This document shows, in pieces, positions 1 through 8,831 of a stretch of 64,000 nt of DNA (positions within the stretch are counted from its first letter, which is position 1; each line of letters starts with the position of its first letter). This DNA is from Eubacteriales bacterium (GTDB taxonomy: Bacteria; Bacillota; Clostridia; Oscillospirales; CAG-382). Location: positions 2,804 to 66,803 of the forward strand of contig JAZSOO010000005.1 of the NCBI GenBank assembly GCA_045536935.1. The letters are read 5' to 3'. The notes under the pieces were generated by a model. That model was not told the DNA's origin. It searched no databases and saw only the letters and a list, made by a program, of their open reading frames with translations. Both the position numbers and the translations under genes were made by a program.

Positions 1-865
1 CAAGCTTTCAAACGTTACTCTTATTGAAGAATATACTATGGTTGATATTATATCTTCCGAAAATGAATGCAAGGGTATTATCGGACACGGTAAAAGCAAG
101 GAATTTTCGAAGATATTTGCCGATTACGTGGTTTTCGCAACCGGCGGTATCGGCGGTATTTACGAGCATTCGACAAACTTCAGGCATCTTACGGCAGATG
201 CGCTTGCGATCTCGTTAAAGCATAATATTAAGCTGCGCCACATTGATTATATACAGATTCACCCGACAACGCTTTATTCCGAAAAGCCCGAACGAGCTTT
301 TCTGATTTCGGAATCGGTTCGTGGCGAGGGAGCTATACTTCTAAATTCTAAAGGCGAGCGTTTCGTTGACGAATTGTTTCCGAGAGACGTCGTTGCCAAT
401 GCTATATACGCTGAAATGAAAAAAGAAGGCACAAAGCACGTTTGGCTTTCATTCGCACCCATACCAAAAGACGAGATATCAACTCACTTCCCGAACATTT
501 ATAAAAAATGTCTTCAGGAAGGATATGATATAACCAAAGAGAGCATTCCCGTTGTTCCTGCTCAGCATTATTTTATGGGCGGTATTGACATTGATTACGA
601 CGGAATGACGTCGATGAAACGGCTTTATGCGGTTGGAGAGACCGCCTGTAACGACGTTCACGGCAGGAACAGATTGGCAAGTAATTCGCTTTTGGAAAGT
701 CTTGTTTTTGCAAGAAGGGCGGCGGAAAACATTATAAAGAACTACACGGTTTCTTCCGATATTCCCGATTTTGAGATAAATATTGCTGATTACGACAACT
801 ATCAAGAAGAATATAAAAATGCGGTTTTAAACGCTATTGAAAAGGAGAAAAACAAGAATGAATAA
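1..865 (+). CDS. nadB: L-aspartate oxidase, C-terminal part (5' end lies left of the window)
   Basis: The frame is open from base 2 with no stop before the first listed Met at 38. Motifs RGEGAILLN, HYFMGGI and HGRNRLASNSLLE are typical of the NadB / succinate-dehydrogenase flavoprotein family. It is followed directly by nadC and niaR. Confidence 0.85.
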   Translation, partial: KLSNVTLIEEYTMVDIISSENECKGIIGHGKSKEFSKIFADYVVFATGGIGGIYEHSTNFRHLTADALAISLKHNIKLRHIDYIQIHPTTLYSEKPERAFLISESVRGEGAILLNSKGERFVDELFPRDVVANAIYAEMKKEGTKHVWLSFAPIPKDEISTHFPNIYKKCLQEGYDITKESIPVVPAQHYFMGGIDIDYDGMTSMKRLYAVGETACNDVHGRNRLASNSLLESLVFARRAAENIIKNYTVSSDIPDFEINIADYDNYQEEYKNAVLNAIEKEKNKNE

Positions 866-1709
866 GATCTCTATGACAGTTAACGCTGACGAGCTTATCC
901 TCAGCGCAATTAAAGAAGATATTACCAGCGAAGATATTTCGACTAACTCGGTCATGCCCGAATATAAGCTCGGTCAGGTTGACCTTATCTGCAAGCAAGA
1001 CGGTATTATTGCAGGTCTTGACGTATTTAAGCGTGTTTTTGAGCTTCTCGACGACAAAACCGAAATCGAATTCTTCTGCAAAGACGGCGATGAAGTTAAG
1101 AAGGGTGACAAGCTTGCCGTTATTAAAGGCGACATTCGAGTTTTGCTTTCCGGCGAAAGAACCGCTCTTAACTATCTCCAGAGAATGAGCGGTATTGCTA
1201 CATACACAAACTCTATTGCAAAATATCTTAAGGGCACGAAAACAAAGCTTCTTGATACAAGAAAAACAACTCCCAACATGCGTATTTTTGAAAAATATGC
1301 GGTTAAGCTCGGCGGTGGATATAACCACAGATACAACCTCAGCGACGGTATTCTCCTTAAGGACAACCACATCGGCGCTGCGGGCGGTGTTAAGGAAGCT
1401 ATTCAGATGGCTAAGGAATATGCTCCTTTCGTTCGTAAGATCGAAATCGAGGTTGAAAATCTTGATATGGTCAAAGAAGCTCTTGAAGCAGGCGCAGACA
1501 TCATTATGCTTGACAACATGAGCGTTGAAGATATGAAGGAAGCCGTTAAGCTTACGAAGGGCAAGGCGGAAACCGAATGCAGCGGTAACGTTACCAAGGA
1601 AAACATTGCAAGGCTTGTTGACATCGGCGTTGACTATATTTCCAGCGGTGCTTTGACTCACTCCTCCCCTATCCTCGACCTTTCCTTGAAAAACTTACAT
1701 TCCATCTAA
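858..1709 (+). CDS. nadC: nicotinate-nucleotide pyrophosphorylase (quinolinate phosphoribosyltransferase)
   Basis: Within ORF 837..1709, the ATG at 858 follows AAAGGAG at proper spacing. QPRTase-like motifs are present (ERTALNYLQRMSGIAT, LLDTRKTTPNMR, KDNHI). It overlaps the nadB stop by 8 nt. Confidence 0.9.
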   Translation: MNKISMTVNADELILSAIKEDITSEDISTNSVMPEYKLGQVDLICKQDGIIAGLDVFKRVFELLDDKTEIEFFCKDGDEVKKGDKLAVIKGDIRVLLSGERTALNYLQRMSGIATYTNSIAKYLKGTKTKLLDTRKTTPNMRIFEKYAVKLGGGYNHRYNLSDGILLKDNHIGAAGGVKEAIQMAKEYAPFVRKIEIEVENLDMVKEALEAGADIIMLDNMSVEDMKEAVKLTKGKAETECSGNVTKENIARLVDIGVDYISSGALTHSSPILDLSLKNLHSI

Positions 1710-1718
1710 GGTGTTATT

Positions 1719-2231
1719 ATGAAAGCAGACGAAAGAAGAAAAGCTATATCGTTTTTGCTCTTATCCGAGAAAAGAGCAATTTCGGGTGACGAGCTTGCCG
1801 AAAGATTCGGTGTTTCGAGACAGAGCATTGTTCAAGATATATCCGTTCTTCGTGAAAGCGGATATGAAATCGCTCCAACCCATCACGGTTATCTTATAAA
1901 GAAGAGTCCGCTTAAGGAACGTGTATTCAAGGTTAGACATTCAAGAGAAGACACAAGCGACGAGCTTATGGCTATTGTCGAGCTTGGCGGTACTGTCGTT
2001 GACGTTTACGTATTACACAAGGTCTACGGCAAGATCAGCGCAGCATTGAATATATATACCGAAGAAGGTGTAAAATCCTTTATTGACGGTGTCAGAAGCG
2101 GTAAATCGACAGAGCTTATGAACATTACCGACGGCTATCATTATCACACGGTCCGTGCAGAAACAGACGATATTCTCGATTCAATTGCGCTTATGCTTTA
2201 TGAAAAGAAATATCTTGTTCCCGACGTTTGA
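1719..2231 (+). CDS. niaR: NAD-biosynthesis transcriptional repressor NiaR (HTH + 3H domain)
   Basis: 170 aa. The N-terminal HTH (ISGDELAERFGVSRQSIVQDISVLR) plus a C-terminal His-containing domain, and the position after nadB-nadC, fit NiaR/YrxA. Confidence 0.8.
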   Translation: MKADERRKAISFLLLSEKRAISGDELAERFGVSRQSIVQDISVLRESGYEIAPTHHGYLIKKSPLKERVFKVRHSREDTSDELMAIVELGGTVVDVYVLHKVYGKISAALNIYTEEGVKSFIDGVRSGKSTELMNITDGYHYHTVRAETDDILDSIALMLYEKKYLVPDV

Positions 2232-2284
2232 TAAATATAACATTTTTAAACACGGTTGAACTATAAAACTGACATTTTTAACTA

Positions 2285-2313
2285 TTGACTTTTAATACAA
2301 ACGATGATATAAT
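2285..2313 (+). promoter_or_regulatory. sigma-70-type promoter for tRNA-Thr
   Basis: TTGACT (2285-2290), a 17-nt spacer, then TATAAT (2308-2313), about 30 nt upstream of the tRNA 5' end. Confidence 0.6.
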
Positions 2314-2343
2314 CGGCTTTGCGCCTGCTGATGTGGGTGCTGT

Positions 2344-2418
2344 GCTGGTGTGGCGCAGGGGTAGCGCAATTGATTCGTAATCAATAGGCCGAGGGTTCAA
2401 ATCCCTCCACCAGCTCCA
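2344..2418 (+). tRNA. tRNA-Thr (anticodon CGT), CCA encoded
   Basis: Hand-folded cloverleaf. Acceptor GCTGGTG/CACCAGC, D arm GCGC-AGGGGTA-GCGC, anticodon arm ATTGA-TTCGTAA-TCAAT, T arm GAGGG-TTCAAAT-CCCTC, discriminator T, then CCA. Confidence 0.9.
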
Positions 2419-2419
2419 G

Positions 2420-2464
2420 AAAAGAACCTACATTTGTTTATAAACAAATGTAGGTTCTTTTCAA
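2420..2464 (+). terminator. intrinsic terminator after tRNA-Thr
   Basis: Perfect ~20-bp palindrome AAAGAACCTACATTTGTTTA/TAAACAAATGTAGGTTCTTT followed by a T-rich run. Confidence 0.75.
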
Positions 2465-2631
2465 CTAAGTGTTCCGCTTTGCGGAACGTGAAGTTTCCTT
2501 CGGAAGTGAAGCGCACTTCGTGCGTGAAGTGTCCCTTCGGGACGTTATTCGGAACGCTTAACTTCACTGCTCTATAGGAGCAACTTCACTATGCCGTAGG
2601 CATAACTTCACTTGGCGCAGCCAAACTTCAC
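2463..2631 (-). repeat. composite hairpin / 7-mer repeat element, copy R1 (inverted relative to the copies at 63205 and 63453)
   Basis: Layout is AACTAAGT, then GTGAAGT-type 7-mers at 2488, 2506 and 2524, then ACTTCAC at 2561, 2583, 2605 and 2625. Each 7-mer is separated from the next by a short perfect hairpin, for example GTTCCGC-TTT-GCGGAAC or TATGCC-GTA-GGCATA. Confidence 0.8.
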
Positions 2632-2657
2632 TATGTATTTCTTTTTGGAGTCTTTAT

Positions 2658-3764
2658 ATGTCAGCCATTCGTTTATTGAAAAAGCACACCGTATTTTTTA
2701 TTGCGTTTGCGGTTGCGGTAATTACCTGCTTTTTTGTTCCGCCTGATGCGGAATATCTTGATTATTTTGATTGGAACACGCTTTCCTGTTTATTTATCAC
2801 CTTGGCGGTCGTTTGCGCATTACGTAATATTAAATTCTTTACGATTCTCGCAAGAAAGCTTGTTCTGATAACCGGTAATCTTCGAAGCTTGTTTTTGATG
2901 TTGATAATCGTTACGTTTATCGGTTCTATGCTTATTGCGAACGATATGGCACTTATAACCTTCCTGCCTCTTGGATATTTTGCTCTTTCGGCATCCAAGA
3001 AGGAAAATTATGCGGCATATCTCTTTATTCTGCAGAATATCTCTGCGAATTTGGGCGGTATGCTTACACCTTTCGGCAATCCCCAGAATTTATATCTTTA
3101 TTCCTATTTCAACATTCCGACGGGCGAATTTTGCGCTATCATGCTTCCCCCGTTTTTACTTGCAATTTCCCTTTTGGCTGTTTGCTGTCTTTTCGTCAAA
3201 TCCGAACGTCTTACTATCAACGAAGAATTTCCCGAAAAGCTACATAAGAAAAAAACGGTTCTTTATACCGTTTTGTTCCTTATTTCGATTCTTATTGTTT
3301 TCAGAGTTATTCCCTTTTTGGTGGGTTTAATAGCTATACCGCTAGTACTCTTTTTTGTAGATAAAGAAGCTTTGCGTGCCGTTGATTATCCCCTTTTGGG
3401 TACGTTTTTCTTCTTTTTCATATTTGCAGGCAACCTTGCAAGAATAGATGCGGTAAATTCCTTCTTCTCGATGCTTTTACAAAAGGACACGCTTACCGTT
3501 TCCCTATTTTCTTGCCAAGCGATAAGCAACGTACCTTCGGCGATATTGCTTTCTCGCTTTACAAACGATTATCACGCACTTCTTTTGGGTGTCAACATCG
3601 GCGGAACGGGTACACTTGTTGCTTCTCTTGCAAGCTTGATAACCTTCAGCGAATTTAAAATTCTTTATCCCGAAAGAACCAAGAAATACCTCTTGATGTT
3701 CACACTTATCAATTTTGCGTTCTTGATCATTATGGCTTTGGCGGCAAAATTATTTTTTATATAA
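2658..3764 (+). CDS. polytopic anion permease, ArsB/NhaD (citrate-transporter-like) superfamily
   Basis: 368 aa and very hydrophobic with many TM segments. It shows the duplicated-half architecture and GNPQN-type motif (TPFGNPQNLYL) seen in this superfamily. Family assignment is by eye only. Confidence 0.55.
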   Translation: MSAIRLLKKHTVFFIAFAVAVITCFFVPPDAEYLDYFDWNTLSCLFITLAVVCALRNIKFFTILARKLVLITGNLRSLFLMLIIVTFIGSMLIANDMALITFLPLGYFALSASKKENYAAYLFILQNISANLGGMLTPFGNPQNLYLYSYFNIPTGEFCAIMLPPFLLAISLLAVCCLFVKSERLTINEEFPEKLHKKKTVLYTVLFLISILIVFRVIPFLVGLIAIPLVLFFVDKEALRAVDYPLLGTFFFFFIFAGNLARIDAVNSFFSMLLQKDTLTVSLFSCQAISNVPSAILLSRFTNDYHALLLGVNIGGTGTLVASLASLITFSEFKILYPERTKKYLLMFTLINFAFLIIMALAAKLFFI

Positions 3765-3780
3765 ATTTTGTCGGATAATA

Positions 3781-3809
3781 TTGAATAGCAGCGAAAATTT
3801 CTGTATAAT
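3781..3809 (+). promoter_or_regulatory. sigma-70-type promoter for hpt
   Basis: TTGAAT (3781-3786), a 17-nt spacer, then TATAAT (3804-3809). Confidence 0.55.
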
Positions 3810-3839
3810 GAATTTACGATCGTTATGAAGGAGATTCTT

Positions 3840-4394
3840 ATGAAGACTATCGACTCTGTAAACGAATTTAATAAAAGAATAAGCAAGATACTTATTGCCG
3901 AAGAAGAGATCAGAGAAGCAACAAAGAAGCTTGGAAAAGAAATAGACGGCATATATGACGGCCGTCCGATTCTTTTGGTTAGTATTTTGAAGGGTGCTTT
4001 TGTATTTATGGCAGACCTTTTGAGAAACGTTACCGTTCCCTGCGAGGTTGGTTTTATGTGCGCCAAGAGCTATTACAATGGCACTGTTTCGACAGGTGAC
4101 GTTAAGATCACGATGGACCTTGATCAAGATATAAGCAAATATCACGTTGTTATCGTTGAAGATATTATCGACACCGGAAGAACCCTTAAAGACGTGGTTG
4201 AGCTTCTTAAATCACGCAACCCGATCTCTTTGAAGGTCGTTACACTTTTGGACAAACCTTCGAGAAGACTTGTTGATTTTCAAGCAGATACAGCGCTGTT
4301 CACCATTCCCGACCATTTTGTTATCGGTTACGGTCTTGACTGCGGTGAATATTTCAGAAATCTCCCCTACATAGCCGAATACAACGAAGACTGA
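3840..4394 (+). CDS. hpt: hypoxanthine-guanine phosphoribosyltransferase
   Basis: Within ORF 3825..4394, the ATG at 3840 lies 6 nt after AAGGAG. It carries the PRPP-binding motif VVIVEDIIDTGRTL and overall Hpt-like sequence. Confidence 0.9.
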   Translation: MKTIDSVNEFNKRISKILIAEEEIREATKKLGKEIDGIYDGRPILLVSILKGAFVFMADLLRNVTVPCEVGFMCAKSYYNGTVSTGDVKITMDLDQDISKYHVVIVEDIIDTGRTLKDVVELLKSRNPISLKVVTLLDKPSRRLVDFQADTALFTIPDHFVIGYGLDCGEYFRNLPYIAEYNED

Positions 4395-4398
4395 TTAA

Positions 4399-5544
4399 TT
4401 ACATCAAACGCTTTGCTCTTAAGAGCAAGGCGTTTTTTTCGTTATCCAGCTTTTCTGTTATGACCAAATCGAGAAGGATCTTTAACGTTTCGCCGATTTT
4501 TTTACCGTTAATGCCTATTTCTTTAAGGTCGTTTCCGTTTATGGCAAGCTCGGTTACGAAAAGGCAACTATCACTTGCAACGATTTTTTCGATATTCTCC
4601 TCCATATCCTCTCCATAAAGGCAACGGCGGTACTTTGCCGCAAGCAAGGCATTTTCTCTGCCGAGAGAGGATATATATTTTTTTAGGCTTATAGCATCAT
4701 CGGGGATTTTAGATGAATTTGCAAGGAACGAACAAATTGTTTTCGTTGCGTTGTCGGCACGAAGGATATTTAAGGCTTCTGTCACGGAATCTCCGCAAAG
4801 GCAGGTCATGCGTATTTTGAAGTCTTTGGGGAGTTTTTCGATATCGTAAAAATTGCCGTTTATTGGTATTATTTTTTTCAAAACGGGAAGATAGACCGAA
4901 AGAACCTCTTTTGCGTTATCGCAGCAAAGGAGTTTTTTTATTTCGGTATATATACGTTCGGGTGCAATTTTTGAAAGGTTATCTGCAAGTGCAAAAATGG
5001 CGTCCGACGTGTTTTTTTCTATTTGGAAGCCAAGCACCGAAGAAAAACGAAGGGCACGTATTATACGCAAAGCGTCTTCCGTGAAACGTTTTATCGGGTC
5101 ACCGACGGTTTTTATCAGTTTCCTTTCAATATCACTGACGCCGCCGAAGGGGTCGATCATTCCTTCTTTTTCGGAATAGGCTATTGCATTTATCGTAAAA
5201 TCACGGCGGGAAAGGTCTTCTTTAATATCTGTTACAAAAGATACACTGTCGGGACGGCGGTGATCGGTATATTCCGATTCGGTACGAAACGTGGTTATTT
5301 CATAAGGAATACCGTCCAGAATGACCGTTACGGTTCCGTGAGCTATTCCCGTTTCTACCACACGGTGATCTTCAAAGGTCTTTTTCGTTTCTTCGGGAAG
5401 TGCCGAGGTTGCTATATCGTAATCGGTGGCTTCCCTGCCAAGCAATATATCACGCAATGCGCCGCCTACCGCATAGGCGGAAAAGCCGTTGGATTCGAGT
5501 TTTGAAATTATAAACCTTGTATTTTCATCAAGCTTGATCTGCAA
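4399..5544 (-). CDS. cca: CCA-adding tRNA nucleotidyltransferase
   Basis: PolyA-polymerase/CCA head motif GGALRDILLGREATDYDIAT and RRDFTINA. I prefer the TTG start at 5544, 8 nt after GGAGG, over the listed upstream Met at 5580. Confidence 0.8.
   Translation of the reverse strand: MQIKLDENTRFIISKLESNGFSAYAVGGALRDILLGREATDYDIATSALPEETKKTFEDHRVVETGIAHGTVTVILDGIPYEITTFRTESEYTDHRRPDSVSFVTDIKEDLSRRDFTINAIAYSEKEGMIDPFGGVSDIERKLIKTVGDPIKRFTEDALRIIRALRFSSVLGFQIEKNTSDAIFALADNLSKIAPERIYTEIKKLLCCDNAKEVLSVYLPVLKKIIPINGNFYDIEKLPKDFKIRMTCLCGDSVTEALNILRADNATKTICSFLANSSKIPDDAISLKKYISSLGRENALLAAKYRRCLYGEDMEENIEKIVASDSCLFVTELAINGNDLKEIGINGKKIGETLKILLDLVITEKLDNEKNALLLRAKRLM
4407..4440 (+). terminator. intrinsic terminator of hpt (overlaps the 3' end of convergent cca)
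   Basis: Hairpin AACGCTTTGCTCTT/AAGAGCAAGGCGTT followed by TTTTTTT. Confidence 0.65.
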
Positions 5545-5647
5545 GAAAGTCACCTCCTTATCATTTTTATCATACCACATTTATTTTTTTATTGCAACAA
5601 GGCATTTTGGTGAGGACAAGTTAATAGAATGTATCGGGTGAAGAAAT

Positions 5648-6937
5648 ATGAGGAAGTTTTTATTGATCGTTTTATGCGGGATAATTTTATCGTCCTGCAC
5701 GGCGAACGCTATTGAAATAGACAGCAAAAATCATTATCTTGAGCGTGATTTTTACGTCTCTAAAGTAGTTTCCGATCACAAAGAAGAAGTCAAGACCGAT
5801 AATAACGAGGAAGTTCGTGCTATTTGGGTCTCGCAGTTTGATATGAAGCCGATATACCGTGACGGAAATAAACAGCGTGACAAAGATGACTATACTCAAA
5901 AGGTTAGGGTTCTTATCTCAAATCTTAAACGTGACGGGTTCAATACGGTTTTTCTGCAATTACGACCGAACGGTGACAGTATGTATGAGAGCAGGCTGTT
6001 TCCCTATTCGAAATACGTTTCGGGCGTTTACGGAGGAAGTATCGATTACGACGTTATAGAGATATTTTTATCTATTGCGGAGGAAAGCGGAATTTCGGTG
6101 CACGCTTGGATAAATCCTTTTCGTTTGTGCAGTGAAGAAGAAATGAAAAACGGCGGGTTTGGGAAGCTTTATCAATGGTATAAAGATGATATAGGAAGAA
6201 GAATAAAAAAGGGTGACGACGGATTGTTATACCTTGACCCTTATTATGCAGAGGCAACAGAGCTTATCGTTGACGGTGCGAAAGAAATACTTGATAAATA
6301 CGATTTTGACGGGATACACATTGACGATTATTTTTATCCTACGGAATTTGAATTTGACGACGAGAAGGAGTTTATTTCTTCAGGTCTGAAAGACAAGGGT
6401 GAATTTCGCAGAGATAATATTTCAAGGACCGTGAAAGCTCTTTACGATGCGGTTCACGAATACGAAGGCAAGGTTTTCGGTGTTTCGCCTGCAGGTAACA
6501 TTTATTCCCTGCCGAAAAAGTGGTATGCCGATATTTATAAATGGTGCAGTAATGACGGATATGTCGATTATATCGTACCTCAGCTATATTTTGGTTTTGA
6601 AAACGCCGTATGTCCCTTTGAGAAGATTCTTGAAGATTGGGGAAAAGCAGTCACAAATGAAAAAATCAAGCTTTATATCGGTCTTTCGGCGGCAAAATGT
6701 GTGGACGGTGCGCTTAGCAAGGAGGACAAGTTTGCAGGCGAAAAAGGAAAATTTGAATGGCGTGACAATAAGGATATTCTTTCAAGGTCTGTTGAAGAAA
6801 TTTACGGTTCGGAGAAAGCGACGGGTTTTGCTGTTTTTACATATTCTTCGTTTTACGACCCTTTAACGGGCAAGGACAATGATTTGATTACGGAAGAGAA
6901 AACGGCATTTCTAAACGTCACACAAATACAACAATAA
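5648..6937 (+). CDS. lipoprotein, glycoside-hydrolase-like family 10 (GHL10 / YngK-like)
   Basis: Lipobox signal (LSSC at residues 14-17) plus a TIM-barrel-like region similar to YngK/DUF187-type proteins. Assignment from memory of the family. Confidence 0.6.
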   Translation: MRKFLLIVLCGIILSSCTANAIEIDSKNHYLERDFYVSKVVSDHKEEVKTDNNEEVRAIWVSQFDMKPIYRDGNKQRDKDDYTQKVRVLISNLKRDGFNTVFLQLRPNGDSMYESRLFPYSKYVSGVYGGSIDYDVIEIFLSIAEESGISVHAWINPFRLCSEEEMKNGGFGKLYQWYKDDIGRRIKKGDDGLLYLDPYYAEATELIVDGAKEILDKYDFDGIHIDDYFYPTEFEFDDEKEFISSGLKDKGEFRRDNISRTVKALYDAVHEYEGKVFGVSPAGNIYSLPKKWYADIYKWCSNDGYVDYIVPQLYFGFENAVCPFEKILEDWGKAVTNEKIKLYIGLSAAKCVDGALSKEDKFAGEKGKFEWRDNKDILSRSVEEIYGSEKATGFAVFTYSSFYDPLTGKDNDLITEEKTAFLNVTQIQQ

Positions 6938-7075
6938 AACGCTTTATATCCCTTGATTATCTATTATTATTGCCGAAAATTCAAAAAATTCGGTTTGTTT
7001 ACAAATTGTTCATAACTTGCCTTTTCGTTTATGGTATTCTATTGTATATAAATTTTGAAATACGAGAGGTACTTT

Positions 7076-8314
7076 ATGAAGAACATTGAGTATTTGTACA
7101 CAGTTGACTCCGAAGTTGCAGCTGCTGTTGACAGCGAGCTTAAACGTCAGAAGCGTAATATTGAGCTTATCGCAAGCGAAAATATCGTTAGTGAAAGCGT
7201 TCTTGCTGCAGCAGGCACTATCCTTACCAACAAATATGCAGAAGGCTATCCCGGACGCAGATATTACGGCGGTTGCGAAGAAGTTGACAAGGTTGAAACC
7301 ATTGCTATCGAAAGAGCAAAGAAGCTTTTCGGTGCAGAACACGCTAACGTTCAGCCCCATTGCGGTGCAAGCGCAAACCTTGCCGTATTCTTTGCTTTCC
7401 TTCAGCCCGGCGATACCGTTATGGGTATGAACCTTGCACACGGCGGACACCTTTCCCACGGTTCTCCCGTTAATATTTCGGGTAAATACTTCAATGTTGT
7501 TCCCTACGGTGTTGACTCCGAAACCCAGATGATAGATTACGACAAGATGGAAGCTATTGCTCTTGAATGTCAGCCCAAGATGATCGTTGTCGGTGCAAGT
7601 GCATACGCAAGAATCATCGACTTTAAGCGTTGCCGTGAGATCGCTGACAAGGTTGGCGCAATCCTTATGGTCGATATGGCGCACATCGCAGGTCTTGTTG
7701 CTGCAGGTCAGCATCCCAGCCCCGTTCCCTATGCAGACGTTGTTACCACCACCACTCACAAGACTCTCCGTGGTCCCAGAGGCGGTCTTATCCTCTGCAA
7801 AGAACAGTATGCAAAGCAGATCGACAAGGCTATATTCCCCGGTACACAGGGCGGTCCTCTTGAACATATTATCGCCGCTAAGGCTGTTGCTTTCGGCGAA
7901 GCTCTTTCCGATGAATTCAAGGAATATCAGGCTCAGGTCGTTCGCAACGCAAAGGCTCTTGAAGTTGCTTTGAAGGAAGAAGGCTTTGACCTTGTTTCCG
8001 GCGGTACCGACAACCACCTTATCCTTATCGACCTTCGCAGTATGGGTGTTACCGGTAAGGAGCTCGAACACAACCTCGACGAAGTTCACATCACCGCAAA
8101 CAAGAATGCTATCCCCGACGATCCTCAGAAGCCCACCATCACCAGCGGTATCCGTGTTGGTACTCCTGCTGTTACTTCCAGAGGCTTTAAGGAAGAAGAT
8201 ATGAAGACTATCGCAAAGCTTATTAAGCTTACTGCTACCGACTTTGAAAACAGCAAGGATTACATCATTGCCGAAGTTGAAAAGCTTTGCAACGCTCATC
8301 CCATTTACGAATAA
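7076..8314 (+). CDS. glyA: serine hydroxymethyltransferase
   Basis: Within ORF 7055..8314, the ATG at 7076 follows GAGAGG. It has the SHMT signature and PLP site ([14 protein letters not shown]). Confidence 0.95.
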   Translation: MKNIEYLYTVDSEVAAAVDSELKRQKRNIELIASENIVSESVLAAAGTILTNKYAEGYPGRRYYGGCEEVDKVETIAIERAKKLFGAEHANVQPHCGASANLAVFFAFLQPGDTVMGMNLAHGGHLSHGSPVNISGKYFNVVPYGVDSETQMIDYDKMEAIALECQPKMIVVGASAYARIIDFKRCREIADKVGAILMVDMAHIAGLVAAGQHPSPVPYADVVTTTTHKTLRGPRGGLILCKEQYAKQIDKAIFPGTQGGPLEHIIAAKAVAFGEALSDEFKEYQAQVVRNAKALEVALKEEGFDLVSGGTDNHLILIDLRSMGVTGKELEHNLDEVHITANKNAIPDDPQKPTITSGIRVGTPAVTSRGFKEEDMKTIAKLIKLTATDFENSKDYIIAEVEKLCNAHPIYE

Positions 8315-8319
8315 TTCCG

Positions 8320-8733
8320 ATGATAGTCAAGGTTTACGACAAGCTTCCCGAAGAAGCAAAAGCTATTCGGACCGAAGTTTTCGTTGATGAACAGGGATTC
8401 ACGGAAGAATTCGACAGCGCAGACCATACTGCGATACATTTGGTCGGTTTTATTGATGATAAAGCCGTCGCAACAAGCAGAATAATTAAAAACAACGATA
8501 CCGACTATATGATAGGACGTATTGCCGTTTTGAAAATTAATCGCAAGAGTGGTCTTGGCGCAAAGATAGTTTACGCTGCTGAAGATATTATAAAAGAAAA
8601 CGGCGGAAACAAAGCTCTTATTCATGCGCAAATGCAGGCAGTTCCTTTTTATGAAAGAATCGGATATACTCTTACCGGAGAGACCGACGTCGAAGAAGGC
8701 TGTCCGCACGCTATGATGAGCAAGAAATTATAA
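8320..8733 (+). CDS. GNAT-family N-acetyltransferase
   Basis: About 137 aa starting MIVKVYDKL. The acetyl-CoA binding motif (RIAVLKINRKSGLGAKIV) is typical of small GNATs of the ElaA/YjcF type. Confidence 0.75.
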   Translation: MIVKVYDKLPEEAKAIRTEVFVDEQGFTEEFDSADHTAIHLVGFIDDKAVATSRIIKNNDTDYMIGRIAVLKINRKSGLGAKIVYAAEDIIKENGGNKALIHAQMQAVPFYERIGYTLTGETDVEEGCPHAMMSKKL

Positions 8734-8738
8734 AATCA

Positions 8739-8780
8739 CCCCAAGAAGTCTTATGACTTCTTGGGGACCCCGACAAAAAA
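8739..8780 (+). repeat. 42-nt hairpin-ACCCCGACAAAAAA module, copy A
   Basis: CCCCAAGAAGTC-TTAT-GACTTCTTGGGG followed by ACCCCGACAAAAAA. It is 39/42 identical to 44521-44562. Confidence 0.8.
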
Positions 8781-8808
8781 TCTGCCGCTTGGATTTCAAG
8801 CGGCAGTA
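8781..8808. terminator. terminator-like hairpin adjoining module A
   Basis: CTGCCGCTTG-gattt-CAAGCGGCAG. Read on the minus strand it is followed by TTTTTT, which is the A-run of the module. Confidence 0.5.
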
Positions 8809-8831
8809 ATTATTAACACGAGGTGAAGGAT

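Noticed and set aside
2463-2631. CRISPR array as an explanation for the regularly spaced 7-mers (also at 63205-63619)
   Set aside because: The repeat unit is only 7 nt and the intervening 11-17 nt are palindromic hairpins. The second half of each element uses the reverse-complement repeat. No cas genes or leader are present, so this is not a CRISPR array.
7010-8299. 429-aa minus-strand ORF
   Set aside because: It is the antisense shadow of glyA.
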